Below are positions 29,405 to 38,337 of a DNA stretch of 64,000 nucleotides, in pieces; position 1 is the stretch's first letter, and each line of letters opens with the position of its first letter. The position numbers and the translations under genes are program-made. The notes under the pieces were generated by a model that saw nothing but the letters and a program-made list of their open reading frames with translations, had not been told where the DNA came from and ran no database searches. Origin of the DNA: Actinomycetales bacterium (lineage in GTDB: Bacteria; Actinomycetota; Actinomycetes; S36-B12; UBA5976); contig JAIXQF010000004.1 in the NCBI GenBank assembly GCA_027484085.1, positions 70,162 to 134,161 of the forward strand. Direction: 5' to 3'.

Positions 29405-29872
29405 ATGGCTGAAAAACTCTCATTACTTGAACAAGAAGGCGAAATCGCCGCTGATTACCTTGAAGGTCTGCTTGATATCGCTGACCTAGATGGCGACATC
29501 GATATGGATGTTGAGAACGACCGCGCAACTGTAAGCATTGTTGGCGCAGACTTAACTCAACTCGTAGGCAGCAAAGGCGAAGTTCTTGATGCACTGCAAG
29601 AACTAACTCGGTTAGCCGTTACCCGCGAAACTGGCGAACGCTCCCGCTTAATGCTTGACATCTCTGGACACCGCGCAGCAGTTAAAGCCAAGCTGATTGA
29701 GGTCGCAAAAGAGGCGGTTGCCAAAGCCAATGAAACTGGTGAAGAAGTAGAGCTGAAGCCAATGAACGCATTTGAGCGCAAAGTCGTTCATGATGCGGTT
29801 GGCGAAGCTGGAGCATCAAGCGTTTCTAAGGGCGAAGAGCCAAAGCGTCGAATTGTGGTACTTCCCGCCTAG
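29405..29872 (+). CDS. Jag/KhpB-like RNA-binding protein (KH + R3H)
   Basis: 155 aa with an acidic N-terminus, a KH-like region and a C-terminal R3H context (FERKVVHDAV). Conserved position after yidC. Confidence 0.85.
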   Translation: MAEKLSLLEQEGEIAADYLEGLLDIADLDGDIDMDVENDRATVSIVGADLTQLVGSKGEVLDALQELTRLAVTRETGERSRLMLDISGHRAAVKAKLIEVAKEAVAKANETGEEVELKPMNAFERKVVHDAVGEAGASSVSKGEEPKRRIVVLPA

Positions 29873-29878
29873 TTTTAC

Positions 29879-29892
29879 GTTTCACGTGAAAC
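29879..29892. other. parS centromere-like site 2
   Basis: Perfect GTTTCACGTGAAAC in the jag-rsmG spacer. Confidence 0.85.
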
Positions 29893-29913
29893 ATCTATCG
29901 AGAGACTGATTCG

Positions 29914-30510
29914 TTGAAAGAAATCACCGAGGTTTACCCAGATGCTGCGGAAAACCTGACCCGTTTTGCCAATTGGTTAGCGGGCGCAGGCGTAGAACGT
30001 GGTTTTCTAGGACCTCGTGAAGTAGATCGAATTTGGGATCGTCACATCGCAAACTGTGCAGTTGTTGAGGAATTAATCCCGGCAAACTCAAAAGTTTTCG
30101 ACATTGGAAGTGGCGCTGGATTGCCAGGTTTAGTTTTGGCCATAGTTAGACCAGACATCAAAATGGGTTTGATTGAACCATTAATGCGAAGGTCAGAATT
30201 CTTAACTGAGGTAGTTGTAGATCTTGGCCTTACCGAGCAAGTAACCGTAATGCGGGGTCGTGCCGAAGAACTAAAAGGCCACAATGCGCCGATTGTTACT
30301 GCTCGCGCTGTGGCGCCACTTGGAAAATTACTTACCTGGGCATTGCCGCTGACAACCAAAGGTGGCCAGATTTTGGCCATGAAGGGCAGCTCGGCAGCAA
30401 CCGAAATCAATGATGCCAAAGATATTCTCAAGGGGCGCAAGGCTGAAATCGTGTATTGCGGCGAAGGTGCTGTGGATCCGCTGACAACCGTAGTTCGGGT
30501 GACCACCTAA
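29914..30510 (+). CDS. rsmG: 16S rRNA (guanine527-N7)-methyltransferase RsmG
   Basis: SAM-binding DIGSGAGLPGLVLA. TTG start. Conserved position before parA. Confidence 0.9.
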   Translation: MKEITEVYPDAAENLTRFANWLAGAGVERGFLGPREVDRIWDRHIANCAVVEELIPANSKVFDIGSGAGLPGLVLAIVRPDIKMGLIEPLMRRSEFLTEVVVDLGLTEQVTVMRGRAEELKGHNAPIVTARAVAPLGKLLTWALPLTTKGGQILAMKGSSAATEINDAKDILKGRKAEIVYCGEGAVDPLTTVVRVTT

Positions 30511-30577
30511 CATAAGCGTCAGGTATTTGCCCTACGCTTAAGGCTCAAGTTAGTAATACTGGGGTTAAGAAATTAGG

Positions 30578-31474
30578 TTGGCAAACATGGCTTACGCCGA
30601 TGACGAAGACACACCTTTAGCTACTGCAGCGGCAGCAGCGGTCTACGTTCGACGTGGACTAAAGGGCACTTTTGCTAAACCAAAGCACACCCGAATTATT
30701 ACGATTGCAAACCAAAAGGGCGGGGTTGGTAAGACTACGTCGGCAGTAAACCTTGCGGCATCTATGGCACTAGCGGGCCTAAATGTTTTGGTAATTGACC
30801 TTGATCCACAAGGAAATGCCAGTACCGCCTTTGGAATCGACCACTATGAGGATGCCAGCGGCTCGTTTGATGTTCTACTGGATGGCGAGCCAATTGCCGA
30901 GATGATGAGCGCTGCTGAAGGATTCGATTCCCTTTGGGTGCTGCCGGCAACATTGGATCTGGCTGGCGCAGACATTGAGCTGATTTCTAATGTGGCGGAG
31001 GCCGAGCGCCCATTTTTGCTAAAGCAAGCATTGGCTGATTTCCTGGCTGACCACGAGATGGACTATGTGTTCATTGACTGCCCACCAAGCCTGGGCATGC
31101 TCACAATTAATGCGCTGGCAGCGGTTACGGAGGTTCTGATTCCAATCCAGTGCGAGTTCTACGCCCTGGAAGGCGTCCAGCAGTTGCTGCGAACTATCGA
31201 ATTTGCAAAAGAACGCCTTAATCCTGACCTTGAAGTAAGCACTATTTTGCTAACTATGTACAACTCCACAACCAACCTTTCGGCTTCAGTTGTTGAGGAA
31301 GTCCGAGGTTTCTTCGGCAAAAAAGTCCTCGATACAGTCATCCCGAGGTCAATTTATGTGGCAGAAGCACCATCATTTGGACAATCTGTAATGACGTACG
31401 ACCCAGGTTCATCAGGGGCAGTGGCTTATTTGGCTGCGGCCCGCGAAATCACCGAACGTAAGCGGAAAGGTTAA
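30578..31474 (+). CDS. parA: Chromosome partitioning ATPase ParA
   Basis: Deviant Walker A NQKGGVGKTT and Walker B FIDCPPSLG. The start is TTG at 30578 or ATG at 30587. Confidence 0.93.
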   Translation: MANMAYADDEDTPLATAAAAAVYVRRGLKGTFAKPKHTRIITIANQKGGVGKTTSAVNLAASMALAGLNVLVIDLDPQGNASTAFGIDHYEDASGSFDVLLDGEPIAEMMSAAEGFDSLWVLPATLDLAGADIELISNVAEAERPFLLKQALADFLADHEMDYVFIDCPPSLGMLTINALAAVTEVLIPIQCEFYALEGVQQLLRTIEFAKERLNPDLEVSTILLTMYNSTTNLSASVVEEVRGFFGKKVLDTVIPRSIYVAEAPSFGQSVMTYDPGSSGAVAYLAAAREITERKRKG

Positions 31475-31478
31475 ATAA

Positions 31479-32609
31479 ATGGCGAAAAGACAGAGCCTAG
31501 GACGTGGCTTAGGAGCTTTAATCCCGGACGTTTCACGTGAAACTTCAAAGTCAAAGACTGGTTCGGGCACTAAGCCTGCAAAGAAGTCGCCAACAGCAAA
31601 GAAAGCTGCTCCAGCTACCAAGAGTGCCAAGAAGCCGGCATCGAAAGCTCCCGCAAAGGCAGCAACAGCAAAAGCCACTGAACCAACATCCGCCAAGCCG
31701 ACAGCTGCAAACCCTTCAGCCTCGGGTACTTCAGCCTCTGCAAAGACTCCAATCACTACGCAACCACCTGTTGCAATCGCGGGCTTAACTTTTGCCGAAC
31801 TTCCGGTTCGCTCAATTTCCCCAAATGCTCAGCAGCCACGACAAGTGTTCGACGATGAGGCGCTGGCAGAGTTAGTCCACTCGATCCAGGAGGTGGGGCT
31901 ATTACAACCGATCGTGGTTCGCCCAGCCAGTGGCGGGGGATACGAGCTCGTAGCCGGTGAACGCCGATTACGAGCCACGAAAAAGGCTGGTTTTAAGACA
32001 ATTCCAGCCTTGATTCGCGAAACTGCAGATGACCAAATGCTGCGAGATGCGTTGCTAGAAAACCTTCATCGCGCAGCACTTACCCCACTTGAAGAAGCTG
32101 CCGCCTACAAACAATTGCTTGAAGATTTCGGTGGGACCCAAGATGAACTAGCCACTCGGTTGGGAAGATCACGACCACAGATCTCTAACACGCTTCGTTT
32201 GCTCAACCTGCCATTAGCTGTGCAGCGACGGGTGGCAGCTGGAGTTATCTCGGCCGGACATGCTCGCGCTTTGCTCGGACTTAAAGATCAAGGGGCAATC
32301 GAGCGTCTTGCTAGTCGGATTGTCGCTGAGGGTCTTTCGGTGCGAACTGTGGAAGAAATTGTTTCGCTTGGCCAAGATGACAAGCAAACAAAACCAACGA
32401 CTAAGAAGCCATCCGGAACGATCAGCGCACCAGGCCTTAAATCAATCGGTGATCGATTATCTGACCGCCTCGATACCAGAGTCACGGTTCAGGTTGGCAA
32501 GTCCCGAGGCAAAGTCATTATTGAGTTTGCCACCCTGGAAGATTTGCAAAGAATCGTTGAAGTTATTGACCCAAAGCAGCGTGGCATGTTCGGGGAACCG
32601 CTTAAGTAA
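31479..32609 (+). CDS. parB: Chromosome partitioning protein ParB with a Lys/Ala/Pro-rich linker
   Basis: N-terminal LGRGLGALIP peptide, then roughly 80 aa of low complexity, then ParB/Srx motifs (PRQVFDDEALAELVHSIQEVGLLQPIVVR, GERRLRA) and an HTH. Confidence 0.93.
   Translation: MAKRQSLGRGLGALIPDVSRETSKSKTGSGTKPAKKSPTAKKAAPATKSAKKPASKAPAKAATAKATEPTSAKPTAANPSASGTSASAKTPITTQPPVAIAGLTFAELPVRSISPNAQQPRQVFDDEALAELVHSIQEVGLLQPIVVRPASGGGYELVAGERRLRATKKAGFKTIPALIRETADDQMLRDALLENLHRAALTPLEEAAAYKQLLEDFGGTQDELATRLGRSRPQISNTLRLLNLPLAVQRRVAAGVISAGHARALLGLKDQGAIERLASRIVAEGLSVRTVEEIVSLGQDDKQTKPTTKKPSGTISAPGLKSIGDRLSDRLDTRVTVQVGKSRGKVIIEFATLEDLQRIVEVIDPKQRGMFGEPLK
31530..31543. other. parS centromere-like site 3 (inside parB codons 18-22)
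   Basis: Perfect GTTTCACGTGAAAC embedded in the parB coding sequence (encodes VSRET). Confidence 0.8.
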
Positions 32610-32648
32610 TTCACTTACACACATGTGAACAACCTGTGTAGGAACTAG

Positions 32649-32670
32649 AAATGTGATGCACGTCACATTT
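32649..32670. promoter_or_regulatory. Perfect CRP-type palindrome (aaaTGTGA-N6-TCACAttt) or a weak bidirectional hairpin
   Basis: AAATGTGA (32649-56), tgcacg, TCACATTT (32663-70), lying between the convergent parB and cwlM stops. Confidence 0.4.
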
Positions 32671-32688
32671 ATTCGTAAGTAGTTTTAG

Positions 32689-33774
32689 TTAGCCGATTCT
32701 TGGGGCCAATATTCGGGTAATTGCTGAGCTCAGGCCGGCTGCGATTTGGTCCCTGGTTTCAGGCTGAGACAACAAAGCGCTGTCGTGTGGGCTAGTGGCA
32801 TAACCAAACTCGACTTTGATACTCGGCATTTTGGTTAAGCGCAGCAGATCCCAAGTTTTTGCATGAGATCGGGAGTCAGTCAGCGAAGTGCGGGAACAAA
32901 CTTCTTCTTGAACAATCTCAGCCAATCTCATGCCTGTTGCAGACCGGGAATACTGATGGCCGAAATAGTACGAAGCGGACCCTTGTGCCAAAGGATTGTG
33001 GTGGCGGTCCAAACTAAGGCCAATCGTTATATCTACATTGCTTTCGTTGGCAAGACTGGCTCGAGTGCGCTCACTATCAACCTGGCCAGATTTTGGTCGA
33101 GTTAACAGAACCAGAGTGCCCATTGCGCCCAGGCGCCCCTCGAGCCGAGAGGCCACATCCCAGCAAATGTCCGCGTGGGTTAATTCGCTGTCAATCAGAC
33201 GCTCATCCAAATCACTTGGGTCGAGCAGGATGGAACAGGTCTCAACAGTTCGAGTCTTTCCAAAATTTGCAACGGTTAACAACTCACGAAGATGTTCTTG
33301 GCTACCACCAGCAATGGTTCGTGCCAATCTTTGAAAAGCGCGAAAGAAAGCGGGACCGCAAATGCCGTCCACTTCGAGCCCAACATTTCGCTGAAATTCG
33401 CGGACTGCCGAATCTGTGCTCTTAGCAAAGATCCCATCAACTCGATCTAGTGCAAAACCCAACTCAATTAAACGTTGTTGCAGTTGCGCAACATCTTCAC
33501 CTTGAATCAAGTGGCCAGGTGAAAAACTTAATACTCGATCGCCAACTTTCCAACGAGCCTCTTCAAGCCGGCGAAAAGTTTGTGGGCCAACCAAGCCATC
33601 AACAGTTAACCCTCGGGTCTGCTGAAAATAACGCAGCGCAGCAAGCAAGATGTCATCAAAGACATCTGCCGCTGCGCTGGCGTTTGAACTAATGAGTCCA
33701 AGACGAACTAACCGATCACGAACCTCTGTTACTGCCGGCCCTTGATCGCCGCGTCGCAGGATCGTTACTGTCAT
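32689..33774 (-). CDS. cwlM: CwlM-like N-acetylmuramoyl-L-alanine amidase homologue with two peptidoglycan-binding repeats
   Basis: Two PG_binding_1-like repeats (GDQGPAVTEVRDRLVRLGL and GEDVAQLQQRLIELGF) plus an amidase_3-like C-terminal domain. Rv3915 position next to trxA/trxB. Confidence 0.8.
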   Translation of the reverse strand: MTVTILRRGDQGPAVTEVRDRLVRLGLISSNASAAADVFDDILLAALRYFQQTRGLTVDGLVGPQTFRRLEEARWKVGDRVLSFSPGHLIQGEDVAQLQQRLIELGFALDRVDGIFAKSTDSAVREFQRNVGLEVDGICGPAFFRAFQRLARTIAGGSQEHLRELLTVANFGKTRTVETCSILLDPSDLDERLIDSELTHADICWDVASRLEGRLGAMGTLVLLTRPKSGQVDSERTRASLANESNVDITIGLSLDRHHNPLAQGSASYYFGHQYSRSATGMRLAEIVQEEVCSRTSLTDSRSHAKTWDLLRLTKMPSIKVEFGYATSPHDSALLSQPETRDQIAAGLSSAITRILAPRIG

Positions 33775-33781
33775 TGGTTAG

Positions 33782-34105
33782 TTAAATAAACTCAGCAAGA
33801 TCTGCAAGTAGGGCAGCTTTAGGCTTAGCACCAATGATCTGCTTAACGATTTCACCATTCTGATAAACATTCATGGTGGGAATCGAAGTGACACCGTAGT
33901 TAGCTGCGGTGGCAGGATTCTCGTCGACGTTTAACTTCAAAATAGTTAGTTTGTCGCCATGAGCTGCAGCAATCTCTTCAAGGATTGGACCAATCATTTT
34001 GCAAGGTCCACACCATTCAGCCCAAAAATCAACCAATACTGGCTTATCACTCATCAATACATCGTCAGCGAACGATGCGTCTGTTACGGCTGCAGTTGCG
34101 CCCAT
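33782..34105 (-). CDS. trxA: Thioredoxin
   Basis: Active site WAEWCGPCK. I chose the ATG at 34105, preceded by GGAGTAAAA. Confidence 0.94.
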   Translation of the reverse strand: MGATAAVTDASFADDVLMSDKPVLVDFWAEWCGPCKMIGPILEEIAAAHGDKLTILKLNVDENPATAANYGVTSIPTMNVYQNGEIVKQIIGAKPKAALLADLAEFI

Positions 34106-34181
34106 TTTTACTCCTATTGTTGCTATTGGTTCAAGCATAAGTGGTTAGAGATTAACCACTTGTTTAATTGAATAAGTCGAG

Positions 34182-35123
34182 CTATTTGCTGTGTAGATGT
34201 GACAAAAAGCGTTCCGCATCAAGTGCTGCGCTACAACCGGTTCCAGCTGCAGTGATGGCTTGACGGTAGGTGTGATCAACCAAGTCGCCACACGCAAAAA
34301 CCCCAGAAAGGTTTGTGGCGGTAGTTCCAGCACCGGTTAGCACGTAACCGTTCGGGTCCAAATCAACCTGTCCCTTTAGAAGTTCAGAGCGCGGATCATG
34401 GCCGATAGCGACGAACAAACCAGTGATCGAAAGTTCGCGAGTGTCACCAGTGTTGATGTCGCGAATAGTGACACCCGAAAGCTTTGCATCGCCATGCAAT
34501 TCAGTGACTTCGCTATTCCAAGCAAAACTAATTTTTGGATCATTATGAGCCCGCTCAGCCATAATTTTGCTGGCACGTAACTCATCTCTGCGGTGAATCA
34601 TGGTTACGCTTCTGGCAAATCGGGTTAAGAAAGTCGCTTCCTCAACCGCAGAGTCGCCTCCACCTACAACAGCGATGTCTTGGTCTCGGAAGAAGAAACC
34701 GTCGCAAGTCGCACACCATGAAACACCATGTCCCGAAAGACGCTTTTCATTTTCAATTCCAAGTTCTCGGTAGCTAGATCCGGTAGCCAAAATAACCGAA
34801 TGAGCCTTGTACTCTCGGCCTTCACCATCAATAACGGTCTTAACATCGCCAGTTAAGTTGGCGGCTGTGACATCATCGGTAATTAGATTCGCGCCAAACT
34901 TAACGGCTTGCGCGCGCATGTTCTCCATGAGTGCAGGACCCATGATGCCATCCTGAAATCCTGGGAAATTTTCAACTTCAGTCGTATTCATTAGTGCTCC
35001 ACCAGCGGTAACAGCACCTTCAAAGACGATTGGTTTAAGTTGCGCCCGAGCTGCATAAATTGCTGCGGTATACCCAGCTGGACCAGAACCGATAATGATT
35101 ACGTCGTTGATGTCGTCTGACAT
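34182..35123 (-). CDS. trxB: Thioredoxin-disulfide reductase
   Basis: FAD motif [10 protein letters not shown], redox CATCDG and NADPH motif [10 protein letters not shown]. Confidence 0.95.
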   Translation of the reverse strand: MSDDINDVIIIGSGPAGYTAAIYAARAQLKPIVFEGAVTAGGALMNTTEVENFPGFQDGIMGPALMENMRAQAVKFGANLITDDVTAANLTGDVKTVIDGEGREYKAHSVILATGSSYRELGIENEKRLSGHGVSWCATCDGFFFRDQDIAVVGGGDSAVEEATFLTRFARSVTMIHRRDELRASKIMAERAHNDPKISFAWNSEVTELHGDAKLSGVTIRDINTGDTRELSITGLFVAIGHDPRSELLKGQVDLDPNGYVLTGAGTTATNLSGVFACGDLVDHTYRQAITAAGTGCSAALDAERFLSHLHSK

Positions 35124-35224
35124 TTGATTTCCTTAGAATGTGTTGCTTCAAGTTTACTAACTTAAGGGCAGGCACACAGACTTGCCGCAGGGATTAAAGC
35201 ACCTCACGGTTACTTCAAGTGGCG

Positions 35225-36676
35225 CTAGAGACGAACTTTTACCTCAGAGATTCCGCCCTGGAATTCACCGGAATCATTCGCTGGTAAATCTGGGGTTATC
35301 CAAATCAAGACATACCTACCTGAAGCAGAATCAGAAGTCCCAAATGATGTGGAAACTTCGGTTGGTGCAATGTCAGCAAACTTTGTTTCGGTAGCAAGAT
35401 CAGGCTCGGGCGAGTTGAGTACATAGATCTCAGCCGTGTGTCCGGCAATAAAGTCAAGGTCTAGCCCGAATACCTCTTGGGTAACACCCAAATCAAGTAG
35501 TAAGCCAATCCCGGCCTTACCCGACATTTCGGCATCTTTGTAAGTGTCAGTAGTCCAAGCAGTGGCGATATTGCCGTCAATGGCAAGCAAAGCTTGACCT
35601 TCATTTTCGGTGCGATCTCCCAATGGGTCATAAATTGTGACGTCGACAATCTCGGCAATCCCGCCGGTTGCCTGGGAGACCTGTTCACTGGGTAGGGGAG
35701 TTTCCAAACTTGTAATACTGGAATCGGAGCCGTGAAAATTACTCGTCAACAATTGCCAACCAACCCAGCCAAAAAGTAAAACTGAGAATCCAGCAATTAA
35801 GGTAGAGCGCAATCGACGTGGTTGGGCAGATTGCGGCGGCGTCCACGTTACTGAACTAGCAGTCAGTCGTGAGACTCGGTTTTGCAAGCTCTCCGATTCC
35901 TCTGCTTCACCAACAGACAACGCATCAAGTAACTGGCGCATTGTTGAGAAGGTGCCATCTTGAGTTTGGGTGTAAAGCCGATCAATGTAAGGTCTGACGC
36001 CGACATGAACTTGACTTGGTAAAACCAAACCAGTTCCGCCACTACCTAATGCAGCGGGAAGCGAATCTACGCTGCCATGCGGCCACATCCCAGTAATCAT
36101 TACAAAAAGTAATTGACCAACACCCTTGATGTCTTGGGAAACTCCATCAGTTGAGTCAGGTCCCAATAGCGCAGAGTCAACGCCAAAGCCCGCAAGTCTT
36201 ACTTCTTGCCCTTGCGAAAAAATCACGTTATGCGGGCGCAGGCGTCGGTGGAAAACATTTAATGAGTGCGCATGCATCAAAGTATTTGCAATCATTCCAA
36301 GTTGCTTAAGCGCTTGTTCGACTGGAAAAACTTCCCCACGCCGAATGAGAATTCGATCTAGAGATTCACCGTCCAACCATTCAGTGACGATTCCAACGTA
36401 TCGATCCGGCGAATCAGTTGCTGTTGTGCTTGAAATCTTTCCATCAGCAACAACATCCAAAATCGAAACTACATCGCGACGATCATTTGCTGCAGCCAAC
36501 TGACATTCCTGCAGCAATTTAATGCTTCGAAGATCTGAAGTTGGTAAGAGAATTAAGTTAACCCAACGCTTTAAGGAAATATCCATAGCGCGCCAGATAG
36601 GCGAACTGAGTGAGCTAGAGACTTGAACGTCTAGCGCATATCGACCGTCAAAGATTCGATCATTCGCACCACTCAT
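35225..36676 (-). CDS. Pseudokinase - TM - discoidin/F5-F8 type C-like ectodomain protein (separate-gene version of the MviN C-terminal module)
   Basis: Kinase-like fold in which every catalytic signature is degenerate. The Gly loop is SSSLSS, VAIK reads VNLILL, HRD reads HRRLRPHN and DFG reads GFG. One TM segment (LIAGFSVLLFGWVGWQLL) is followed by a C-terminal beta-sandwich-like region (AIDGNIATAWTTD...GRYVLIWIT...ISEVKV). Confidence 0.75.
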   Translation of the reverse strand: MSGANDRIFDGRYALDVQVSSSLSSPIWRAMDISLKRWVNLILLPTSDLRSIKLLQECQLAAANDRRDVVSILDVVADGKISSTTATDSPDRYVGIVTEWLDGESLDRILIRRGEVFPVEQALKQLGMIANTLMHAHSLNVFHRRLRPHNVIFSQGQEVRLAGFGVDSALLGPDSTDGVSQDIKGVGQLLFVMITGMWPHGSVDSLPAALGSGGTGLVLPSQVHVGVRPYIDRLYTQTQDGTFSTMRQLLDALSVGEAEESESLQNRVSRLTASSVTWTPPQSAQPRRLRSTLIAGFSVLLFGWVGWQLLTSNFHGSDSSITSLETPLPSEQVSQATGGIAEIVDVTIYDPLGDRTENEGQALLAIDGNIATAWTTDTYKDAEMSGKAGIGLLLDLGVTQEVFGLDLDFIAGHTAEIYVLNSPEPDLATETKFADIAPTEVSTSFGTSDSASGRYVLIWITPDLPANDSGEFQGGISEVKVRL

Positions 36677-36693
36677 AATTGCAGTGTAGTTGT

Positions 36694-38310
36694 CTATTTT
36701 CTGCGCACTAACGCAAGGACTGCTGAAATTTCGGATATTCGCAACACCTTTGCTAAGCCCACGTAGGTCAGCGAGAACAAAACAGTAAAGACACCAATTG
36801 CAGCTGCGACACGAAGTGTGGATGGCTCAGGTTGATTTGTGATTGTGACGCGAACTAAGAAATATGAAAGCACTGCCGCGACTACGCTGGCTGCGCTTAC
36901 CCTAACCATCAATCGCAAATGACCACTCTTGCGGATTTCTGGAACGCGATTACCGACTCGGCGCCAGGTTATGGCACAGGTGATCACATATGAAATTGAA
37001 TATCCCAGCGCCAATCCAGCCACTTGTAACCCATTAGGCAAAAGGGAAAAAAGCGTGAATCCGATAACTATGTGTAAGGCATTGAAGCCCAGGTTGATCA
37101 TAAATGGCGTTTTGGTGTTTTCTTGGGCGTAGTAACTGCGTAGCAAAACATAGAACAGTGAAAAAGCCGGAAGCCCGATTGCAAACATTGATGCAACAGC
37201 GCCGAGTGCAGCACCTTGGGCCGTAGTTGAAGCGCCATATCCATAAAGCAACGAACCTAACCACGGACCCGTTGCAAGCAGAAAGACTGCACTCGGAATG
37301 ATTAGCGCCGAAACTAATCTCAAAGAGGTTGATAGCTCCCCACCAAATGCAGAAAGGTCTTTGTCGTGAGCCTGCCTACTTAAGCGAGGAAGCAGTGCAG
37401 TGATGATTGAGACCGTGATGATTGAGTGCGGCAACATCATCATTAGCTGACCTTTTTGATAGGAAGTAAATCCGACTGCAATTGCAGCCGGTTCTCCTGC
37501 AACTAAAACATTTGCCAATGTAGTTAGGTTCGATACCAATAAAAATGTAATTTGATTTACTAAAACAAATCCAATGGTCCACTTTGCTAAGTTGCCGACC
37601 TTGCCATTTCCAACATTTCTAAATTGAAAATTTGGCTTAAAGCTATACCCGGATTTAGCTAGTGCGGGAATGAGAATCAAGGCTTGCGCCATCACACCAA
37701 GTGTTGTGCCAAATCCAAGCAAGTTGATTTGTGCAACTGTCACCGATCCAGCAGTTGGTATGCCAGACATAGTCGAAACAAAAAGCGCGGCAGTTGCAAT
37801 CACAATTATGTTGTTAAGGATTGGTGCATACATTGGCAGAGAAAACGAGTTACGTGAATTTAGAACTTGTGAAGCAAGTGTGTATAGGCCATAGAAGAAG
37901 ATTTGCGGTAAGCACCAACGGGCAAACATTGTTGCAACATCGAACTCTTCCGGAGTCCAAAGTTTCGTTGCATATAGATGAACAATTAACCCTGCAACCA
38001 AAACCGTGGCAAGCACGATGCTGATCAGAACCAGACCTACGAGTGTCAAGAGCTGATCGGTGAATTGCTTTCCTTGGTCTGCATCATCTTCCATGTGCCT
38101 AACGAGTGCGGGAATGAAAACAGCATTGATCGCACCACCGGCGATAAGAATGTAAATAATGTTTGGAATGCTGTTCGCAACAGAGTAGGTGTCAGAAAAG
38201 ATCCCGGTGCCGATTGCGGCAACCAAAGCAATATCTCGAAAAACACCAGTTATCCGACTAGCAAGTGTGCCAGCCGCCATACCTGAGGTTTGCCCGATAA
38301 ATGATGACAA
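36694..38310 (-). CDS. murJ: Lipid II flippase MurJ/MviN
   Basis: 538 aa with about 14 TM segments and the MurJ N-terminal pattern (SRITGVFRDIALVAAIG...DTYSVANSIPN). Confidence 0.9.
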   Translation of the reverse strand: MSSFIGQTSGMAAGTLASRITGVFRDIALVAAIGTGIFSDTYSVANSIPNIIYILIAGGAINAVFIPALVRHMEDDADQGKQFTDQLLTLVGLVLISIVLATVLVAGLIVHLYATKLWTPEEFDVATMFARWCLPQIFFYGLYTLASQVLNSRNSFSLPMYAPILNNIIVIATAALFVSTMSGIPTAGSVTVAQINLLGFGTTLGVMAQALILIPALAKSGYSFKPNFQFRNVGNGKVGNLAKWTIGFVLVNQITFLLVSNLTTLANVLVAGEPAAIAVGFTSYQKGQLMMMLPHSIITVSIITALLPRLSRQAHDKDLSAFGGELSTSLRLVSALIIPSAVFLLATGPWLGSLLYGYGASTTAQGAALGAVASMFAIGLPAFSLFYVLLRSYYAQENTKTPFMINLGFNALHIVIGFTLFSLLPNGLQVAGLALGYSISYVITCAITWRRVGNRVPEIRKSGHLRLMVRVSAASVVAAVLSYFLVRVTITNQPEPSTLRVAAAIGVFTVLFSLTYVGLAKVLRISEISAVLALVRRK

Positions 38311-38337
38311 TGTCTTCTCAATCCACCTAATCGTGAG

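Noticed and set aside
31412-31756. 114-aa Ala/Phe/Gly-rich ORF antisense to the 5' part of parB, and the 83-aa +2-frame ORF at 31537-31788.
   Set aside because: Both are by-products of the repetitive GCN/AAG codons that encode the ParB Lys/Ala/Pro linker. Neither has a start context or homology signal.
32612-32642. Imperfect hairpin CTTACACA...TGTGTAGG just after the parB stop, considered as a terminator.
   Set aside because: It has only about 8 bp including a G-U pair, a 13-nt loop and no U tract. This is too weak to call. The better-defined palindrome at 32649-70 is reported instead.
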